64,000 bases of DNA from Flaccisagitta enflata (Eukaryota), in contig OZ231126.1 of the NCBI GenBank assembly GCA_965153355.1, forward strand, positions 33,790,001 through 33,854,000, written 5' to 3'. The position numbers were made by a program, and so were the translations under genes. Position 1 is the first letter of the stretch, and each line of letters opens with the position of its first letter. Positions 26,970 through 38,946 of the stretch are shown here, piece after piece. The notes below the pieces were generated by a model. That model did not search any database and was not told where the DNA came from. It saw nothing but the letters and a program-made list of their open reading frames with translations.

Positions 26970-29026
26970 AAAAATCTATAAACATGCACAAGATATGATC
27001 TGTTTTGGCTGATCGTCCATGAAGAAGTCACCCTTGGATCTGGTTGGTTCAGCCGATCTTCTATCGCAATCACCCAATAACAACAGAATTTTTTTTTTTC
27101 TTTCGGGCGGAAGGATGTTCCATTTTTATGCCCTCCGGTCCAAAGGGTCTAAACCAAACCCGAGCCAAAAGAACCATGTCCCATCTGACTTCTGATGCCA
27201 TTTTCAAGTGGCAACGCCCACTTTACCGATTCTTGGCCAACATTCATTCTGAACTAATGGCACTGGCACATGCGTTCGCGAACTGGTTAAAAGAGAAATT
27301 TTGCCACACTCAAAGTGATTTGCGTACAAAGAGTCAAAGACCTGACTATAATTTACGGCACAAGGTCTTTTGTATCGGTCCAATATTAGTTGCGGACACG
27401 CAACTCTATTGGCGGCTTTGTCCGTCCATCGGTCCGTCGGTCCATTCATCAGTCAGCTGATACAATGTTACATGTCGAATTCAAACAACTTTATGCGAGC
27501 GACAGCATGGCTCTCGAGCTCTCCTTTGAGTTTCCATCAACATCTTCCCATCTTCTTCTCCTTTTTCGACCTTGGGATTCCGTCTCATCTGATCTTACCA
27601 ATTTCATATTCTTGCTGTAAGTATGCAAATTTCATCTTTCGACTTGGTATGGTGATTGCATGATTCGTATCAAGGTCGTTTTTCTCAAACGGAGGGACTG
27701 ACAGGCAAAGGGGAATTCCAGGCGCTGATCTGACGAATGAAGGGCTCGATTTTTTTCTTTTCACCGGAATTTTCCATATTTTGTCCCTCGAGTCATCATC
27801 GACTAGTCATACCGAATATTGTTCTGTGATGCGAATTTTTCGATGACGCAAAACGGTGTTTTATGAGCACTATAGCCTCTGCCTACCAGCCACCACTCGT
27901 TCATTCAAGTGCCCCAGCCCACCAGCGATACTGCCGCTGCCCACCCACACGCGACTACCATTTGGTCTCGCTCATTTCTCCGCCACTCTTGACTCTTCCA
28001 GGCAGATGGATTGAGCTAGTCCCCGACTTTTGCCTCTGAACCGCATCATGCGTAAAGATTGCGTGTTGTCACATGTTTTCACAAAACATCCAACCAGACC
28101 AAAGGCAAATTTTACAACATCCTTTTTTTTTTGGAAAACACCACTCGCTTTGCAGAGGATGAAAAAATTATCGTAATTCATTCGACTTTTTTTACGCTCT
28201 GTGACTGTATTTCATTCAGCATGAAAACTAATTCGCTAAAAAAGAGAAAAAAATCGTTTTCAATTTTGTCCCTCAAAAAAGAAAAAAAAAACAGAGAGAG
28301 AAAACCTCCTTTCATTCTGAAGCAAAGCCCAACATCTTACTTCTGAGTCGGGGGAAAATTACAGAAATGGGAATCTTGCCACTATGACCCCATTAGTTTG
28401 ACGACTCTCCGATGAGGGTAGGTTTGAAACTGGGTACGACAATTAGGACTCTCAGAAATGTTTGTTTTATACGCAAACGATATTTTAAATAAGTGTTGAT
28501 CAGTTTTGGAAATGATGGAACTATTCCTTATGTTTCTTTTAGGATTTTACTTTTCTGTCTAGCTTTTTGTTGCGAAATCTAGTCGCGGTGGCGGCGTAAA
28601 TGTTTGTCTATTTCCCTCGACCAACAATTCTTTTCACTCACCTATTTCGTTAATTCTTCCATCAGACTGGCGCACTGTGGGCTGCATTTTGCGCTAGGTG
28701 GCTCATTGGGGATTAACATTACATCTTTTCCATTACATTGTTCCTTATACAGTAGATCTCGTCTAGACTTGAGATAACGGGGGCAAGCATTGTAGGAAAA
28801 CAAATGAAGCCAGGGGAGTGATATTTGAAACATAGACTAATAAAGGGAGGCTTTATTGCCCATGATCGGGAAAAAAGTCGAAGTCTGTCTTCGACTTTTT
28901 GACATATTCGAGAGAAACAGGGTTTTCATTTTCTTATTAGAAAGTTGGGGAACTCATCCGGCTGATTGTGGCCTCCAATGAAATTCATTGGGTGGGTAAA
29001 TTTAATAATTCTCTTTCATTTGGCGC

Positions 29027-29690
29027 CAAGCAGAAGTCTCTGGGACAAATATTTTTTGTGTTATGAATTTTTAAAGATTTATTTACGAAAAATGCAAATT
29101 GAATTTTTTTTGATTTTTCATGATTTTATCTAGGATCAATAAAGGAGCGTATTTATGGTTGTTTGAGCATGCAAATATAAGAAAACATGTTTATGAGCAA
29201 ACCTGCTCATCGGTAAGGGTGTTTTAGAGGATTCTAGCTCATTTAGCTCATTTAGCTCATTTCTTTTTTATTTCAAATGTGATAAATAGATAAATATTTT
29301 GAAACTTGTTTAATAAAACAGATACAAAAAAGCATATCAGTGAGCTAGCTGCTCATCTGTAAGGGCATTTTTAAGCGTTTTAGCTCACTTAGCTCATTTA
29401 GCTGTCTTTTTTTTTCCTGATTTTTAATGGGATAGATAAATGTTTTGATGGGAGCATGTAGATACAAGAAAGCATTTTAGTGAGTAATGCTGGTTGTCTG
29501 GTTGAGTGGTTATGAGCATTTTAGCTCATCAAGCTCATTTGGCTCAGTCCCATTTTCCTCTGATTTTCAGTGCGATCAATACATACAATTGCTCTTGATT
29601 TAATCTAATAGAAAAAAAGATTTGCAGTGACTAGAGACAACAGCTTGGTGAAAAGTGACCAATGCTTACAACTTTTTTCCTCACGGCGAC
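29027..29690 (+). repeat. Interspersed repeat with AGCTCATTT-rich internal repeats; diverged inverted copy at 32797-33435
   Basis: For example AAGTGACCAATGCTTACAACTTTTTTCCTCACG at about 29652 is the reverse complement of CGTGAGGAAAAAAGTTGTAAGCATTGGTCACTT at about 32801. Confidence 0.75.
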
Positions 29691-29702
29691 AGCCGCCATT
29701 AC

Positions 29703-30001
29703 TGGTAGCTGGTTGCCAAGGAAATGCATTTCTATGTATTTTTGCTAGAATATCAATATTTTGAAATTTTTTTGAGGGAACATTTTTAAAAATTAAATTT
29801 GCTCGTTTAGCGGTTGCTAGGGGTTGTCACACATGGATATGCTCCCTAGCAACGGCCAAACAAGCGACATTCTTACAGAACATACTGTGGGAAAGCTGTA
29901 GCAAATTTGATTTTAAGCAATGTCCCCTCAATGAATTTCTCAAATAATTGATATTTTAGCGAAAACACATGGAAATCTGTTTCCATGGTAACCAGCTATC
30001 A
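29703..30001. mobile_element. Fold-back element of about 300 bp
   Basis: Ends TGGTAGCTGGTT and AACCAGCTATCA with imperfect arms of about 100 bp and an inner TTGCTAGGG/CCCTAGCAA hairpin. Confidence 0.65.
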
Positions 30002-31340
30002 TGGGGAATTAAGCCTCTTTTGATTAGTCTATGATCCAAATATTGCTCCCTTGCCTTCATTTGTTTTTTGGTAATGCTTGCCCCCGTTATCTCAAGTCTA
30101 GACGACATCTACTGTATACAGAGTGAAAAACATTTTTTTGCATATTTTTAGATGTTATGAAACTATTTATACCCAATATTGACTAACTTCTATTGGATTA
30201 AGAGCTTTATGAGCTTAGAGTACAAAAGAAGAAAAATTTGAGACAAGTGAAAAATACTGCTAAACTCTCTTACATTTAGTTTTTAAATTGTCTTATGTTT
30301 TGACCAAATCAGTTAAATTTTTGTCTTTGTTCAATAAGATTCCTTAATAAGGGGCTTAGAAAAAATTCATTTTTTGCTCATTTACCTCATTTTGCTCATT
30401 TTTCTTCCAATTAGATATAGATTTTTACTTTTATCCACATTATTACTTGTAAATTTTAGGCCAAGAAAATCGCAATTTGGACGTCAAAGGCCCGCTTGAG
30501 CCATAGCATTCTGGATTCAGGACCCCTTGAACTACATTTTGGCATAGGTCGCTCATTGTGCATCCTTGTGCGATTTTTGTTATTTATAGGGTAATAAAAG
30601 CATGCAAATTAGTTCAATTATGTAGTAATAGTAGACTAATTTATTAGTGCTAAAAATGTAAAAAATAATTATTTTTAGAATTTTTCGAGACATTTAAACA
30701 TTAATGAAGGAGTCCAATCCGATATTGAAGATGTCCTGAGCTTTTTGTAATCTTAAAAGATAATTCAAAAAAAATCATTGATTTTTCTAGAAATTTAGCA
30801 TTTTTCGTAGTAATGTCCATTTAGGTCGCCGTTTTTTACTCTAGAATGCCATAAATCCTGTTATATGGACCGGTATGTATGCTCAAATGCTACCATGACC
30901 ATTCCACTCAGTTTGAGCCATATAGCAGAGATGAAAATTTTCACCCAATACCCAAGAGCCATCTAGCGCAATCCGTGGCCCTTAGTGTGGCGCTTGGAGA
31001 CGGTTAGACTAGGAGTTGCGATGCCGTGAGGTACCATTCGTGTGTTCATAGTCAACTCTCCTTTAACCCCCCTGTCCCTCTTCTCCCCTTCTCAGCCCGG
31101 AGGCTAGTTGATTTTCAAATCTCTCTCGGGATAGAAAGGCGCTTCTTCGGCCTCACTTTTGCTTCGTCTCTCTTTTGCTTCTCTTTCGCTTCCACGGCTT
31201 TACATCAACAAGAGGCCTTCAGCAACTGCTCGCCTGCGCGTGTTGCGCTTTGACTTTCAGATTGTCTCCCATCTGTCTGTGTATCTCTGTCTGTATCTCT
31301 GTCTGTGTCTCAGTCTGAATCCCGGTCTGTATCTCTGTCC

Positions 31341-31434
<94 letters not shown>

Positions 31435-31782
31435 TTTTTGTGTGATAGGGAAATTTCTTTTCTTAATCATAACACTTGAGTTGCAAGAAGCGACTTGCAG
31501 TAAAGGAGAAAAAATACTGTTGAATGACGGATTAAAATTCAACGAGAACGAAAGAGAAGACTCACGTCTGCCACACGCAGGATAGAATAGCAGAGAGGAA
31601 CTCAGTAAAATACATTTAAAGAAAGATGCGTATATGCATCACCAGGTTCTGAATAAACAATCTTCATGAGTTGTGTAGTTTCTAAATTTTACCAATAAGG
31701 GCGGCTAATCGCCGTAGGAAAAAAGTCGTAAATGCTGCTCGAGAAAATGAAAGAGGAAATGAGAGTGGGAGAGAAAAAAAGA

Positions 31783-31860
<78 letters not shown>

Positions 31861-32384
31861 GAGACCAAGAGAGGGAGAGACTTCAACTAACTCGATTCCG
31901 CGTTTTTGGGAAAAATGCGAAAAAGGCAAAAAAATAAAAAAGGATTTAAAAAATCATAGCTCCAAAACTATCGATCGCACAGAATTCTGCTTGGCGTCAT
32001 CTGAAAGAGGAGAATCAGCTCTTTCTTAGCTATTAATTTCATGCGTAGTCCCATTCTGCCCCCAAAATGTATCAACTTCCCCAAACGCTTCATAAAACAA
32101 AGGGAAATCCGTTTTTCTCTGCAGGACTCAAAAAGACCGAAGGGACTTCGTCTCTTCGACTTTTTTCCAAACAATGTTTAACACATGTCGGTCAATTTGC
32201 CGCAGTCCCGCTTGATTCTCAAATTTCAAATGCAATTTTCCTCTTGACATTAACATGGAATTAGAATCATCAACGGGAGTGACAAATTATGGGCAAATCA
32301 AGAGAGGGGACCACAATAAGCCTAGCCCGGATCAACTATGCGCGAGGCCCAAGGCAATGGTTGCCGCGAGGCCCCTTAAGTTCT

Positions 32385-32559
32385 AACAAGGCCGGATACA
32401 TGGTTACCCCAGTTGGGTGCGGGTGGGAGACCCCGTATTTTAGGTCACTTGATCATTTGGGCAGGAGCAGAGGCCAAAAAGCGCAAAAACAAACACAAAA
32501 AAGTGTGACGTTGGACTGACAGACAGGTGGGGTGTAGTCATATGGCACGTGACTAAAAA
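32385..32559 (-). mobile_element. HINE family A element
   Basis: Diverged reverse complement of 5303-5517 (AACAAGGCCGGATACA ... GATCATTTGGGCAGGAGCAG ... GTGACTAAAAA). Confidence 0.7.
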
Positions 32560-33520
32560 GTGAGGCGGGGTCACAAAACCTTGGCCAACAGGTGGGCAGG
32601 GGCATACAAGCCCCATCAATACCGTTTCCCAGTCCATGCTTATTCACACACAATGACAATCATAACTGCAACATCATAAAGCTGCGTTTTCAAATTTTTG
32701 CGACTTGATCACCATGGACAATCACCGGGGGTAGACAGACCAATGGATGGACACTAGCCTGTACTTAAATGACAATAACCAATAATACCAGTAATAGTGG
32801 CGTGAGGAAAAAAGTTGTAAGCATTGGTCACTTCTCATCAAGTTTTTTTTCTCTGTCACTGCTATTTTTTTTATTTGTTAGATCAAACCAAGAACAATTA
32901 TATTTATTTATAGCACTGAAAACCAAAATTAAATGGAACTGAGCCAAATGAGCTAGATGAGCTAAAATACTAAAAATCACTCAACCAGACAACCAGCTAT
33001 GCTCACTGATATGTCTTTTTGTATTTGCATGCTTACATCAAAACATTGCATTATTCAATTGTATTTAATTATCCTATTCAAAATCAGAAAAAAAAATGAG
33101 CTAAATGAGCTAAATAAGCAAGAATACTCAAAAACACCCTGACAGATGAGCAGCTATGCTCACTGACATGCTTTTCTGTATTTGCATACTAAAACATGTA
33201 TCAAAACATTTTTTCATTTATCCCATTTAAAATCAGAAAAAAAGACTGAGCTGAATGAGCAAATTGAGCAAGAATACTGAATCACACCCTCACATATGAG
33301 CAGCCATGCTCATAGACATGTTTTCCTGTATTTGCATGCCCAAACAAACATAAATACAATCCTTTTTTTATCCTACACAAAATCAAAAATCTTTAAAAAT
33401 TCTTAAAATATTTGTCGTAGAGCATCTGCTTGGATTCCTCGATCAGTCCATGTTATTATGCTGTTTTGGGCATCAGGCCACATCATAATTGGTAGTCAAA
33501 AATTGCATTTACCTCACCCC

Positions 33521-33713
33521 AACTTACCCTCAGTAAGACAGACCTCTTTAGGAAACCCAAAATTACAAAGATGTCAATTCCTAATTTTGACAACAGATTT
33601 GAAATCTACAGTCAAAACTTACCCTCAGTAAGACAGACCTCTTTAGGAAACCCAAAATTACAAAGATGTCAATTCCTAATTTTGACAACAGATTTGAAAT
33701 CTACAGTCAAAAC
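33521..33713. repeat. Perfect 95-bp tandem duplication within the left arm of an inverted-repeat element (right arm about 34661-34811)
   Basis: AACTTACCCTCAGTAAGACAGACC...CTACAGTCAA occurs at 33521 and 33616, and is also present in copy 2 at 62643 and 62738. Confidence 0.9.
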
Positions 33714-33989
33714 TGCTGAATATTCCAACTAGAACATGCTCAAATTTTGCATTGAAATTAAGAAGCTTCAAAAAGGGTTTTTGAAGGGGCGGTTGAATTC
33801 GATCGAAATAACCTATTTTTTCGTCCATCCGGTGGGCGAAAAAGTGATGCCTTTTATTGCCTGATCGAAACAAAAAGTTGATACGAAATGGGACAATGAG
33901 CGGCAATGATGCCATTATCAATGGTACACAATGGTGCCAATCGATTTCCCTATCTTATTTCTCTTCCTTATCCTCTTCCTCATCAAATG

Positions 33990-34083
<94 letters not shown>

Positions 34084-34284
34084 CGTCCTCTCCTCGAAAA
34101 AATGACCATTTCGATCCAACTCGAAAATCCTGCCCAAAAACTGATTCGAAACTAAGTCGAAACATATCGAAGCTGTGTGAATCAGATAGTTTAGTTAACC
34201 TACTCGGGGCCACTGCCCTCATTTTACCTTCTACCACAAGCTACATTAAACATGGTTACCGTTACCATCTAACGCTTTTGTGAC

Positions 34285-34583
34285 TATTATTTTTTCGGCG
34301 TTTTTAAGCTTTTTGGGCTCACAGCTCCTTCCCAAATGCCATTATGAGTCATTTTAAGTCATTTTAAGTCATTCTAAGTCATTCTAAGTCATTCTAAGTC
34401 ATTTTAAGTCATATTGAGTCATATTAAGTCACTAAAGTCAATAAGGTCAATATGGTCATTAAAGTCATTTTAAGATATTTTAAGTGATTTCAGGTTACCT
34501 TCAATCATTTAAACTCAATCTAATTCTAAGTCATCTTAAGCTATTTATGTCCTGCACGCGACTTATAAGTGTTGGCCTTGTTT
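34285..34583 (+). mobile_element. 3' part of a HINE family A element with an (AAGTCATTYT)n array
   Basis: Ends CCTGCACGCGACTTATAAGTGTTGGCCTTGTTT. Confidence 0.7.
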
Positions 34584-37484
34584 ATGCTCATGATTGATTT
34601 TGACAATATTCCCGAAGGAATTTTGAAAAAAGGAAAAAACTTTCCTCTATCAGTTTTTTTTGTAGATTTCAGATCTGCTGTCAAAATTGATCTGAACATT
34701 TTGAAATTTTAGGTTTTCTACAGGGTTCTGTCTAAAAGAGCGTAAGTTGCAGTAAGGTAAATGAGAAATTTGAAGACCAAGATTGATGTCAACAGATGCC
34801 CAAGACACAACTACATCAAGAACTGGTCTGGGATTTCTATCATTATTGCTTCTTGTCGTTTAGGTACAAGCTGTCCATTGTACACAGTCTCTTTTAAGAA
34901 TGCGTATTTGCAACAAAAAACAAGGCCAACAGACTTTCATTGTGTTTTATTTGCATTGGTAGATGTAAAAGCATGACTTAAACTTGTGTTAGTATTTTCT
35001 TTTTCTTTTTCTTTTTCTTTTTTTTTCTTTTTCTTTTTCTTTTTCTTTTTCTTTTTCTTTTTCTTTTTTTTTTCTTTTTTTTCCCTTCCTTTCTCCTCTT
35101 CTTTTTCTCTTCTCTCCTTTTCCCTTTCTTCTTTTTCCCCCTTCTTCCTCCTCAAAGCGCGAGGCCCCCCAAAGCGCGAGGCCTTTTCTGCCTTTAGGTT
35201 AATCCAGGCCAGCAATAGGCTGATGGGCCCCATATAAGTAAAGGGTTTCAGGTACGACGTTACTTAGCTAGTTGACTGCAGACCTTAAGATAATCGTATG
35301 GGAGTTGAATAGTTGAATACTAGACACGACATGATCCTAATTTCCCCTACCCATCGTGCCACTTGCATGCTACCGAAGCAACTAAGATTCTATGGTGGTT
35401 TCCTTCGTTTTCCTGCCACGGTAAGTAACAAAGGAAGAATGAGTAGAAATTAGTTCCTTTCTGGCTGAGAGCTTTGTTGCGCGGGAGTTTCGACCTGCGC
35501 AGAATGAAAATGAAAGCCGATGAGTTTCTCTTTCCAATTCCATGCACCAATGCTTGCTAGTTATTCTTCGGTTATTCTTAGTTCGCTTCTCTTTTTCATT
35601 TCTTTTCTCTCTTATAACAATTTTTTCGCTTCCTCTCTTGTTGGTCCGTCTCCCCCCCCGTTCACATGGTTGCATCTAAAATTTTAACAACATTACAACT
35701 GAATCCTTAATCCCCCACCTGATAAAAAAAAAGGTTCCACAAACTTACTTGGGTACTTACCCACTATATTAACTAGAGAGTCGATGAAGAATTGCTGTTC
35801 TATGGAATTGAACCTACCCCAGGCCTGTCCCTTTCTCCTAGATCCTCTTTCTATCTCAACTTTTTCCGCGTTCCTTTGCTTCTCTTAAATATTTCTTTTT
35901 CATTTCTCATATCATCTCATTTGCACCTTCCCGCGCTTTATTTTTGTTTTCGCGCGTTCGTCTGTCTTTGCTCATTTGCCAATTTGTTTTTTCGAGACTC
36001 AGGCTCGGGCTCATGCGCAAGCGCAGGCGCGTGCACAATGAGGTGAAGTCTATCATGGAATCAAATCAATTCGGAAGTGAAAGGGAATTTTACCCTATTC
36101 CATCGTCATTCATGATACTCGTCTTCATTATGACATCCTTAGATCAGCCAATTCCTTATTTTCTCCCCCTCTTCCGCCCCCTCCCTCTCCCCCCCCTCCC
36201 CTCCCATTCTTCTTCCATTACGACATCCCGTCCATCGTCTTTTCTTTTTTTCTTATTTTGTTCCTTTTGTTTTCTCACGCGTTTCTTCCTTCTACGCAGA
36301 CAATTCGTTACCATTGCTAATGAGGCTAACTTCCTCCTCGCCCAATTACCATTCAAATTTATACGATTGGTAGAAAAAAGGCCGAATCTTTGAAATGGCG
36401 TTGTTAATTGCCGCTTCCATTCTGTAAAAAAAAAGATGACTGCTTGTTTACAAAAGACACTGTACAATTGCACGAAGTAGCTCATTAATTAGCACCCTCT
36501 CATCTTCCCCCTTGAACCGCGACGAGGTTTTTTTTCTTTTATTCCTAATTTTCTTCTTTTTCTTTTGTCATTATTAATTAGTGATCGTGGCTGTGCCAAG
36601 AGAGAGTGTCTAGTGTGCTTCGTCGTCTTCGTCCCCGTCGTCGTCGTCCTCGTCGTCGTCCTCGTCCCCGTCGTCATCATCGTCGTTTTCATAGTCGTGT
36701 AAACCCTCATCAGCATCATCGCATGTCAGTCTGTCTGTGCCTCTTGAGTTCATCTCTGCCTTGATTTCTTCCTAGTGGCTGGCCCTTGTTTACATATCTT
36801 GTCTGCCAATTTTTTTTCCTCTCTCTCTCTTCGCACCACTCTTTGCTTTGCAAGGCGGCAAAAAAAAAAAAAAAAAAAAACGAAAAGAAAGCTAATAAAT
36901 ATTTATGGAATAATTCTATGACAAATGGAAAACGAAATGGAATTGTCATCAATTATGCCCCGATTATCCATTGCTTTCATTTGCATTTCCCCATTCCTTC
37001 TCATTGCTTCATTTCTTGTGCACACAACTCTTTTAACAGTGACCAGATTTCAGTTGGTCTGACGGTCCGTCAAGCAGGTAGTCTGTCGGTCTGTCCCTCT
37101 GCTCATTTCTGTTTTTAGTGAGATAACATTTTGTCCACTCTGGACAACAAAACAAAGAAATATTGAAATATCAATACTTTGTAACTACAGACCGACCGAA
37201 CCTCCGGTTCGAACTGTTTTTACTGTACGGATCACTCTCCCAGCTCCGTCACTGAATCCGGAGTCGTCAGTTATCAGTAGTTCACCGAATTCAGTAGGTC
37301 AGTAAACCGAAGTTTGATTTTTTGTTTACTTTTCCTATCGAACGTGCAAATTGGGACTCCAGAATTGCCCTCTAACATGAAAAATGATTCCACAACAAAA
37401 CATGCATCTGTTTTCCTTTTTCTAACGAATTTACATTGCTCATGCTTCCTTTACAAATGAGATCAATCCCTCCGTTCCTCATCC

Positions 37485-37651
37485 AAACAAGGCTGGATAC
37501 ACGGCCGCCAGTTGCGGACGGGTGGGCAGGGGCAGAAATGTCCGTTTTCCCACTTTTCAACTCGATCATTACGGGCCGACGGACGGACCAATGGACGGAC
37601 CGACGGACGGACGGACAAAGCCTCTTATAGAGTTGCGTGTCCGCAATTAAA
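37485..37651 (-). mobile_element. Short HINE element
   Basis: AAACAAGGCTGGATACACGGC...GTTGCGGACGGGTGGGCAGGGGC...(GGAC)n...TATAGAGTTGCGTGTCCGCAATTAAA. Confidence 0.75.
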
Positions 37652-37725
37652 GAAGAAAGATCGCCGATCGAGACTTGATGCTTCGCTTGCAACTAAATCC
37701 TTGACAGTGCAAATCAATTTTCTTT

Positions 37726-38114
37726 AAAACAAGGCCAACACCTATAAGTCGCGTGCGAGACTTACAGACAAAGAATGACTTAGAATGACTTAGAATGACT
37801 TTCAATGACTTAGACTGACCTAAAATGACCAAAATTGTCTTAAAATGACTGAAAAACCTAATTACCAAAAATGACTTAAAATAACTTAAAATGACTTAAA
37901 ATGACTTAAAGTGACTTAGAATGACTCAAAATGACTTAGAATAACTATAAATGACTTAAAATGACTTAAAATGACCTAAGAATTGACGTTACAGTAAAAA
38001 AAAGTAAAGTGTGACGGACGGACGGACGGACCAACGGACGGACGGACCGACGGACCGACGGACGGACGGACCGACAAAGCGGGTTGTAGAGTCGCGTGCA
38101 CGCGACTAAAAAAA
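37726..38114 (-). mobile_element. HINE family A element with an (AATGACTTAR)n array
   Basis: Termini are the reverse complement of those of 14118-15992 (AACAAGGCCAACACCTATAAGTCGCGTGC ... AGTCGCGTGCACGCGACTAAAA). Confidence 0.85.
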
Positions 38115-38184
38115 TTTCTTTGGTCTTGTTTGTTGATTAAAGGCTGTCTGTGCCGTCTGTGTGTGTGTGTGTATGTGTGTGTGT

Positions 38185-38261
<77 letters not shown>

Positions 38262-38434
38262 CGCGCTCGTGTGTGTGCGCGCACGTGTGTGCGCGCGCGT
38301 GTGTGCGTGTGCTTGTGTGCATGTTTAGGGATCGTCTGAAAGTTAACTTCGGCTTCGACCTTCGGGTCAGGGCACTGTCCCAATAATCAAAAGTAAAATT
38401 ATTTTTTTGTTGAAAGCAAAATACTTGATTTACG

Positions 38435-38497
<63 letters not shown>

Positions 38498-38883
38498 CAC
38501 ACACACAAACAGACAAAAACAAAAAATACATATATAGAAAAAAAGACAGTGAAAAAAACAAAAAGAAAAAATATCATGAAAACAGGTATAAATATAGATG
38601 AATATAAAATAAAAATTTTAAGAAAAAATCCAAAGACTTTCATTTTTTCTTCATAGGTTGATTTGAAATCAAAAAATATATATTAAAATTTTTTCAAAAA
38701 TAAATGTTGAAAAAAGGTTAAGAAATAGTTTTCATATAAAATTTGATTTGATTTTTGTTTTTTTGAAAAAAGTATTTTTTTTACTTAACCTATCAACTTT
38801 TGATGAAAAAATGATATTCTTAGTATTTTTTCTTATGAGCTTTATTTTTTAATCATTCATATCTTTACCTGTTTTGTGATATT

Positions 38884-38946
<63 letters not shown>

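Larger units (their letters stand above)
28750..30114. mobile_element. TA-flanked CAGTAG-family TIR element with nested repeats
   Basis: Arms of about 90 bp, CAGTAGATCTCGTCTAGACTTGAGATAACGGGGGCAAGCATT... and ...AATGCTTGCCCCCGTTATCTCAAGTCTAGACGACATCTACTG, with TA on both sides. Confidence 0.85.
32322..35212. mobile_element. Old hAT-type element stretched to 2.9 kb by nested insertions
   Basis: TIRs CTAGCCCGGATCAAC and GTTAATCCAGGCCAG, with CGCGAGGCC subterminal repeats at both ends. 8-bp TSD CAATAAGC / CAATAGGC (1 mismatch). Confidence 0.7.

Noticed and set aside
27044-27663. ORFs of 76-138 aa downstream of the donor as exon 2 or retroelement fragments
   Set aside because: No recognisable motif in any frame, they run into a HINE fragment at 27387, and there is no clear acceptor/donor pair.
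28636-28700. Minus-strand mini-exon ending AAATAG/GTGAGT
   Set aside because: An isolated splice-like motif with no supporting partner exons or homology.
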